64,000 nt of DNA from Daphnia carinata (lineage: Eukaryota). Position 1 is the first letter of the stretch; each line of letters begins with the position of its first letter. Below the pieces are notes generated by a model that worked only from the letters and a program-made list of their open reading frames with translations, was not told where the DNA came from and searched no databases. The stretch lies in contig NC_081331.1 of NCBI RefSeq assembly GCF_022539665.2, forward strand, positions 7,874,001 to 7,938,000, written 5' to 3'. This document shows positions 55,507 through 64,000 of the stretch, piece after piece. The position numbers and the translations under genes are program-made.

Positions 55507-57232
55507 TCCTAATGATAGTATTGAATAAGAATAAAAAAGCGAAACGAAAAACACAACAACTTAAACGATAATCTGGGAATGAAATCCCAAAACGAATGCT
55601 GACCTATTGAAGCTAAAAGGTTCATTGAAGGATTTATCACCAAGTCTATTGAAGTTGTCCATCATGACTACTGCTGGCGATGACTGAGGCAACGGAAGGT
55701 CAAATTTGGCTTCGATTTCCCTTAAACTAGGCGGAATGATGACCTCAGCGTGAGTTTCCGAGTATTCTTCCTCTGCATAAATATTGGCAGCGGTGCCCAA
55801 AAGAAGAATAATCAATCCGCACACGAACAGTACCTAACGCACGGAGAATTCTTTAGTTATTGCGAGTGACAAAATTCTTCGAAGACCCACTTTGGCAATC
55901 CAGCGTTCACCAGAAGTCGATGGGACAACTTGCAGATAAATCCACGCAGGCGCAACACAACAAACTGCCGTTCCTGAAGTGGCACCCACCAGACCTAAAA
56001 CGAACTCGACATTCGGAATGCAGATACCAACAGACACCAATCGACATTTATATTTTCTTTTTCATCTTATTGTACTAGATTTCAATAAACTTTACCTATT
56101 ATTAAGGTTGCCGTGACGATTATGAATGTCAGGATTTTGAAACGGAAATCCGAAAGTGAGCCGGTTGTTCCTCCTGACATCCCGCCACTAGTTTCAGACG
56201 TCTGAAGGGATTCCTCAACTTAAAAAACAAACAAAAGCAAACACTTTGGCATAACGATTACATCATCAATGAATTAACGCTTTACCTTTCCATACACTAA
56301 TGAATGAAAGCTTGTCCTGCAGGGCAAAACACACGACGGAAAGCTCAAGATAATCGATAGCAGGAATCCCACTTTCATAAGGTCAGTTACAAAAGACGGC
56401 GCAAAACTTATGAGGATATTGCCTAGTCGAGACAAAATATGACCCAATGAAATTCGTCAGATTTTCCTAGGCAAAAAGTTTACAATATGTTGACTTGCCA
56501 GTAAAATGCGTATCCGCAAAGGCTAGGTAGCCAGCTATTCCTACCCCCATGTACATAAAAGTGCACAAATCAATGGCTGTCGATATTACTCGATCCATTG
56601 CTTTTAGGGAAGGTTCTGGTATACTTCGAACACCTGCCTATGCATTTAAAAAGCTGATCATTAAATCTGGCATTCTCCTTGTCAATTTAAATATTTCCAC
56701 TCACGTTTGGCATCATAAAGCCATGGAAAATATCGGTACGCATTGGAGTACACCCCCCATTTTCCATACTTCAATATTTGAAGACATTCCTTCGGTTAGG
56801 CCCTGGACACCAGCCTCAAAGAAGGACTGAAAAAAAAAAAAAAATCTGTCATAACTGCACTGTTATTTTGGTAGCATACTTCATGTAGAAGGATGCATAA
56901 AACATAATTAAGGGCAGGGAATCATGTACATGCTTTCAAAACCAATAACATGTACTACATAGCCACAGAAACTGTTGACACTACATCCAATGTTTCAATA
57001 TCTCTCAAGAGGCACAGAGGTATATGATGAACATGCTATTTCCTGTGTATGATTAAGTTATATATTTTAGAACCTTATGGAAATAATATCACTGGCATCC
57101 AGTAGAGAGCTTACCTGCCATAAGAATAAGTATTCGTGCTGACTGCAAGGAGTAATTTACACCTATTTTGATTAATATTTCTGGACCGAGATCGCCAAGT
57201 ACAACCAGATAGGCAATGCAGCAGCCCAGATA
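55507..57232 (-). pseudogene. SLC38A10: SLC38A10-like fragment, copy 3
   Basis: As copy 1, truncated at 55507, with several private SNPs at 55540-55750. Confidence 0.8.
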
Positions 57233-57465
57233 ATGGCTATTTCCTCATTTCGCCCTTAGATTTTTATATGTTAAGGAAATGCTTAAATATTCGGCAGAGA
57301 TAGGAGTTTCGGTTTGACAGTTTTTATTTTAATTATTGAAAAAATAGCCAAAAAGGTTGCGCTAAGCACTTGACTGACATACTAGTATCCTCCAGACCTG
57401 CCCCGATGGAGATCATATTGCTGTACTATATGATCCCCATCTCGCATCAGCTGATAGCTCTTACA

Positions 57466-58420
57466 TCTCTATTCAGTTCTGCATTGGAATGGGGGGCCAA
57501 TGATTGGTGGACCAATCATTGTGGGTGCCATCATCATCATACCAACGCTTGACGTTTCGAGTTGTAATTGCTTACAGACTCTTGGTACTAGTTCCCAACA
57601 TTGGGAGGGTACCATACCCAGTCATTGTTCAAGTGCCGCTACGTTAAAGATGTTCACGCAACTATTATATACCGTGAATGACGACCCCAAACCATGTTGA
57701 TAACGCTAGCGGGCATTTTCCGTCTTAAACTAATTCTCATTTAAATTCAGTGAAATTATTGCACAATGTAATAAATGAACTGTATTCAGAAAATAGTGAT
57801 AAACAACATCCAAGGTAATTATAAACAAAACACTTGAGTAAATGTTTAAAATTTTCAATTATTATGTAGCACTCACGAATTAGGGCGTGGCATCACGCAC
57901 CGTTAATGACATGCAAGAATACTCCATATCACCTTGCGGCCGATTTTGGCACTAGTGCATTCATGCATTGGCTTGGTGCTATTCTAGTTGTGAAGGGAAA
58001 GTAAGTTAAAGCTAATGTAGGTTTGTCATTATTTATTTTTTGCATTCATATCCAAACGTATAAGTAGCCCTGCATGCAGCTCATCGCGTCTGTTGGGCCA
58101 TAATACTTTAACAATCACGGTTTCTAAATTTCCGCTTTGGAAAACAATGACCTTATGCCACATTCCCAGGACTTATCAAGTCTAGTTGATAATGGTTGTT
58201 CGTAATTACAATCCATTCAGTTGTCACCATGAATATTCCACAAAGGATTTTTTGAACGTTAGTTACCTTTTGGGTTATGCGTTAAAGATTGAGTCTACAT
58301 GTTCAGGTATAATACATATGCATATGCATGCAAGTATATACATAAAATACATATGCAAACGTTGAATAATCAAAGAAGTTTGATGTTTCACGCTAGCGCT
58401 GTAGCGTACTGGCGCGCTAG
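57466..58420 (+). mobile_element. Candidate Helitron, copy 5
   Basis: Near-identical to copy 1. Confidence 0.55.
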
Positions 58421-58578
58421 TAATGGTTTCGATTCGCACACACATTTATTTCATATTTTAGATTACTCCAAAAGTATAAACTCTACGTAAAGACAAATTC
58501 CATTTTCATGTTCCTTGAGTAATTTTTAATCAGAATCATCTATAGTTATCTAGATTCAATGCTATTATTTTTTAATAG

Positions 58579-59315
58579 GAAAAAATTTTAAGCCCGACAA
58601 TATAAGCGCGGGCTTATTTTTTAACCCAACTTTACCGTTTTTTACGTTTTATTAAAAAACTTTGAGTCCCACGAGAACACAATCCTCACAATCGTGATCT
58701 CCGTTCAATTCTGCATCGAAACCATGTATTTAAAGCGAAATCTAACATTTTGTAAAATTGCTAAGAGAGAAGCTATAGCCTTCTCACTTTTGTCAAAATC
58801 GGAAAAAATCGAAATCTCTCGGAATGCGATGAAAATCCCACAGTATAACCCTATTTTAACGCGGATTCAGAAAAAACCATTTGTTTTATTTTCAAGTAAG
58901 CCGTTTTTGAAATAATCGTAATTTAAAGATCGGGCTTAAAGTCGGGCTTATTTTTTTAAACCCAACTTCCCCGTTTTTTACGTTTTATTAAAACACTATG
59001 AGTTCCACGAGAAAACAACCCTCATATTCGTGATGCCCGTTCAATTCTGCATCGAAACCACGTATTTAAAGCGAAATCTAAAATTTTGCCAAAATTGCAA
59101 AAGTGAGAAGGCCTTCTCGCTTTTCCACTTTTCCTCAAATCCTAGATTTCATTAAAAATACAGTATTCCGATGCGAAATTGATCGCTGATCATGAAAATG
59201 GGGTATGTTTTTATATCAGACTTCTATTTTTTGAATTAACCCGTAAAAAAAACAGAAAGTCGGGCTTATTAAGTCGGGCTTATTTAGTCGGGCTTAAAAT
59301 TTTTTTCGGTCAGTG
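58579..59315. mobile_element. CACTG-ended MITE, copy 5
   Basis: Near-identical to copy 1. Confidence 0.7.
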
Positions 59316-59451
59316 TATAGACAATTAACTAGAAATGTGACCGGTAGATGGCGATAGAAGTCAAACAGAAAAAAAACCAATATTTTATATTTTTATTTGG
59401 GTAAAACGGATTGCCGTATTGCCATATGTACTCTTGTTTTTGGTTAACGAT

Positions 59452-60009
59452 ATGGATGCAATTACATTCAATGAGCGATGCCTGGAAGATGACTACTACT
59501 ACACATTAGGTTGCGATGATTCCTCCAGTGTAAGTTTCGGTCAGATTTGTGCTGTTTGTTCTTTTTTTTTAGTTCTTTATATTCACTTCATACATAAATA
59601 GGTTGACCAAATATTAACCTAATACAAACACAGAGTATTACGTTGTCATCCTGATAAGAATCCATATGACAAGTCCACTACTCAGTTTCAAAAACTTCAG
59701 GTAAATAGATTTTGCACATTAACCAAGTAATGTGATAGATACAGTTAATTTCTGGTCATTCCAACAGGAAGCTAAGGAGGTGCTCTGTGACCCAGAAAAG
59801 CGAAATGATTATGACAGATGGAAAACAAGTGGAATAACAATTTCACACAAGCAATGGATTGTCATAAATAAACGATCTACTGCCGTAAGTATTATATGTG
59901 CAACATCAGGATGTCTTTCTATGTAGGTTTAAAGTAAAATAGATTGAAATATTAAAATTAACACAGGTTCTCCACTGGGCCATACCAAAACATGAACAAA
60001 AAATGCTAC
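59452..60009 (+). pseudogene. DNAJC12: DNAJC12 copy 4: premature TAA and truncated in exon 4
   Basis: Same junction as copy 2. Confidence 0.9.
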
Positions 60010-62959
60010 AGGCAAGATAGAAACGTTCGTCAAACAAGGTAAATGCAAATTTTTCGTTCTGTACATTAATGCCATAAAGCATTTATTTTAGGACTTTGAA
60101 TACCAGCAATCCTTGTAAGAATGGAATTTTGACATTAATTTCATTGCAGAAACAATACGGAATGTATTTGCAACAGGTATTTCTTGTGAAACGAAAAAAA
60201 ACTTTTTTTTTATTGATTTCAGATTTGCTGATAAAATTATATTGTTCCCTTACAAAAAACTGTATGTGCAATTGCCAAGATTTCGTTCTCAATAATAAGC
60301 TAATATTTTTTAAACAGAAAAGTCAGAAGGGGTGAAATTGTTAAATGGTAATTATGGCCAACAGATATTGATTAATGCTTTTTAGTTTGTGGTTCCGAAC
60401 TGAATGACAATTTCTATTTATACAATACTTTTTACTGCAACCTTTATATTTCGTTCACGTCTGGAAATGAGACGACCGAAACAAGGAGCCGAGGGCGTAA
60501 ATGTCCCAAAGACTGTTTCACACACAAAAGGTAAACACTTGACAAACAATATTAATCATAAGAAATGCGTTCATACGAAATCCAACCAAATTCCCTTAAC
60601 GCAAACTTACAACACGAGAATAACCTTACATAAATCCAGAACAAAACCACACAAGAAATGTGAAGAGCACTTGTCAAATATAACCGTTCACGATCAAGCT
60701 ACGCGAAAAAGAGAGGGATTGCCAGCTTAGGCAGCTGACACTTCCGGCAAGCGCCATCTGGCGTTCATTAAACAACATTTAGAAAAGTATATAGATAATA
60801 ATAGGATGCCATCTGGCGCTGGAAATCAAGACTACTGTAACTTATCAATAATAACAACATGAGCATTACAAGAAGAGGAAACACGTCACCTAGTGCTGAA
60901 CTTTAGAACTACTTATTTCTATTTGGGACTAATCGTTACACGCCATCTCCTCCTCCCCCGGAGGTTTGAGATGTCGAAGCAATTGTATTTCTTTGATTAG
61001 TGCTTAAGTCTAACTTAATTGGCCATAATCAAAAGAAAAATTGGAAAATCTTAATCGTTATCCCACACAAAAAAAACAAAAAAACAAGCAAAAAAAACAA
61101 AACAAAACAAAAATCAGTACGATTGACACGAAACACCATTATTTTAAAGTACTATTCTGGTGTCATTTCTGTCAACAAGGTAAATAGGTTTCTTGTACAT
61201 GTTTTCTGAAAACGTAATTGTGTTAATTATTTTTTTTTGTCTTTTAGTTCATTAAAGGGACATACTATGTCTGAACAATGTAGATGTGAAGATACTAAGA
61301 GGAACGAGGAGTTAGGCAAGATAGGTACGTTGTTCGTCAACTAGGTAAATGCATGTTTTTTTTTATTTTTCAAAATGATTTGGCTAATATTCTATGAAAA
61401 AAGGCATGGTGTTTAGTAGGAAATCCATTTTGAAAAGATGGCAATGTCTTAACGATACAGCAACAGCGCCAAAGAATCTCTCATTTGCATCAGAACGTGG
61501 ATCGCTACACTTTCAGTTGATCGTATTTGTTTCTGCTATAATATTCATGAGCGTTTATTCGATCATTCTAAACTATGACATGTGTTTTCTTTTGTTGTTT
61601 CAAATATTTTAACCTGTCCATCGTCTGCCTAGATGAAGCTTTCTCATCGTAAACATTTTTTTTTTTTCAGAAAATGAGTCTTCTGGAAGAAGAACTTTTG
61701 CCACCGAACGATTTGACATCAAACAAATGAATGTATACTTGTGAGTATTGACCAAACAGATGTCGCGGTTCTTCATTAATCATCAGTCTCATATTTAATG
61801 TGTTCGAAAAAGAAAAACTTCAAATAGTTGGAAAAATGCCAACGTTAAAGACTGTATTGGATGGTGACGTGACGTGACGTGACGTTACGGCCATCATAAC
61901 AGTTCCGACATTTGTGTCACATGGGGAAGAGAAACATTTTGACCCGTAATGATGCATCACTCGTGTCAGTTGCACTAAAACCCTATAATCTTTTTTTTTT
62001 CTTAAAATCTTTTTAAACATACTGAATAGTAAAAAATGTCATTGAAAATATTATCCTCTATTTCTGCGGCTCGAAAAATCTTTTCTCGTCCTGCGAATGG
62101 TATTATTTTAAAATTAATTACACACCTGATTGTTACATTGAGTTAATTGTATTTTTTTTTCTGTATCACGATACGGCGATTTTTTTTCCTACTTCGTCTT
62201 ACGCAACTATCTTCAGCTACACAATCATGGCAAATGACTGTCAATGGCATTAACAACCCATGATTACTTTGTAATTTTTGTATTATTAATTATTAGGAAA
62301 CATTTATACATCACACACATTTTATTACAACTGACACATTTACATAATTGACACCAGAAACATACACACACACATGACACCAATTACACTTTCTGCAACT
62401 ATTGGGTATTAAACCCTAATATTCGGCATAGCTTGCCGATACTCAACCATTGAGCTATAGTCACATATAATTTCAGTCTCGTATACCTTGAGTCAACGCA
62501 CGATCATTTTGTATAGTCAATGTTTTCTTCTTGCTATGCTATTTGCCAGTCTGATCAGCGACTGTATAACTATCATAGCTTATTTGTAAAGCGTCTGGCT
62601 GCGGGTATCAACATACTAAGGTTGAAACCCAGTTCGATGCTCAACCTTGGACTAAATTCACACATGAATTCTCTCTTCTATAGCTTGAGTCATAATATTA
62701 TTATATAGTCAATGTATCTCATCTCGATATGCTATTTGTTAGTCTCCTTTCTTATGGTGTAAATACCGCAGATTATACGTAGAAAGTCCGCTTTTGACTT
62801 CAGTAATTGCTCACACAGGAATAACACAGTTTTGCACACACAATCAGATTGGTTGAGCACCAAACTGATCTTGGTACTTTTATCTCGATTGTTTTCACCT
62901 GTTTCACTTCACGTTGAGGGGAAGCACACGTGCACTGTGGGAGCTTGTGGTAGTTCTCT

Positions 62960-64000
62960 CTATGGATTAATGCAACGGTTTATTTGTATCTGGACTGCTG
63001 GAACTGCCGATTGCACAACCGCCAGACTAATATTTGAAATTGCTAATTCTTCAATCGCGGCTGTTACATCATTATTGGATCCCAATTCTTCGTTTTTTTC
63101 TCCTGAAAATGAACGAAAACCAGTAAATAAAAGATCTATGTAGTAGATCAAATTGTCCTAATGATAGTATTGAATAAGAATAAAAAAGCGAGACGAAAAA
63201 CACAACAACTTAAACGATAATCTGGGAATGAAATCCCAAACCGAATGCTGACCTATTGAAGCTAAGAGGATCATTGAAGGAATTATCACCAAGTCTGTTG
63301 AAGTTGTCCATCATGACTACTGCTGGCGATGACTGAGGCAACGGAAGGTCAAATTTGGCTTCGATTTCCCTTAAACTAGGCGGAATGATGACCTCAGCGC
63401 GAGTTTCCGAGTATTCTTCCTCTGCATAAATATTGGCAGCGGTGCCCAAAAGAAGAATAATCAATCCGCACACGAACAGTACCTAACGCACGGAGAATTC
63501 TTTAGTTATTGCGAGTGACAAAATTCTTCGAAGACCCACTTTGGCAATCCAGCGTTCACCAGAAGTCGATGGGACAACTTGCAGATAAATCCACGCAGGC
63601 GCAACACAACAAACTGCCGTTCCTGAAGTGGCACCCACCAGACCTAAAACGAACTCGACATTCGGAATGCAGATACCAACAGACACCAATCGACATTTAT
63701 ATTTTCTTTTTCATCTTATTGTACTAGATTTCAATAAACTTTACCTATTATTAAGGTTGCCGTGACGATTATGAATGTCAGGATTTTGAAACGGAAATCC
63801 GAAAGTGAGCCGGTTGTTCCTCCTGACATCCCGCCACTAGTTTCAGACGTCTGAAGGGATTCCTCAACTTAAAAAACAAACAAAAGCAAACACTTTGGCA
63901 TAACGATTACATCATCAATGAATTAACGCTTTACCTTTCCATACACTAATGAATGAAAGCTTGTCCTGCAGGGCAAAACACACGACGGAAAGCTCAAGAT
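62960..64000 (-). pseudogene. SLC38A10: SLC38A10-like fragment, copy 4 (runs off the right edge)
   Basis: Near-identical to 9098-~10138. Confidence 0.8.

Larger units (their letters stand above)
55507..64000. repeat. Further copies of the mosaic module (SLC38A10-Helitron-MITE-DNAJC12'-spacer-SLC38A10), period ~7.65 kb
   Basis: 55507-60009 matches 9296-13768, 60010-60405 matches 27089-27484, and 60303-64000 matches 6425-~10138. Confidence 0.95.

Overview
AT-rich eukaryotic DNA with short GT-AG introns. It is most likely a Daphnia-like crustacean; this is inferred from intron size and from the Tyr/Thr-rich YYTTTYAAPSYY repeat-protein family. The window is a rearranged, transposon-dense region with little evidence of an intact host gene. 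1-3717 is the 3' part of an EnSpm/CACTA-type element (transposase C-terminus plus a spliced BEN-domain ORF), followed by a 100-N gap. 4134-5163 is an intron-containing GABA-transaminase (ABAT) fragment fused to a second EnSpm-like end. From ~6.4 kb on, a mosaic module recurs in near-identical, permuted copies. It carries an SLC38A10 fragment, a candidate non-autonomous Helitron, a CACTG-ended MITE, a DNAJC12 pseudogene, a VDAC 3' fragment and a Tyr/Thr repeat gene. The module holds a full-length but disabled Gypsy LTR retrotransposon (16415-23910) that shares its 3' LTR with a tiny non-coding LTR element. In the duplicate module that small element appears complete (36606-37808), with two different LTRs inside one 4-bp TSD. 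42.7-55.5 kb holds further pseudogenes: a BTB-domain gene, a lineage-specific secreted protein and a 5'-truncated POLR3A with a dead active site. The best candidate for an undescribed system is the Gypsy/TRIM-like pair with its conserved, highly structured LTR core. Gene identifications come from recalled homologs and identities were judged by eye; no alignment or search was run.
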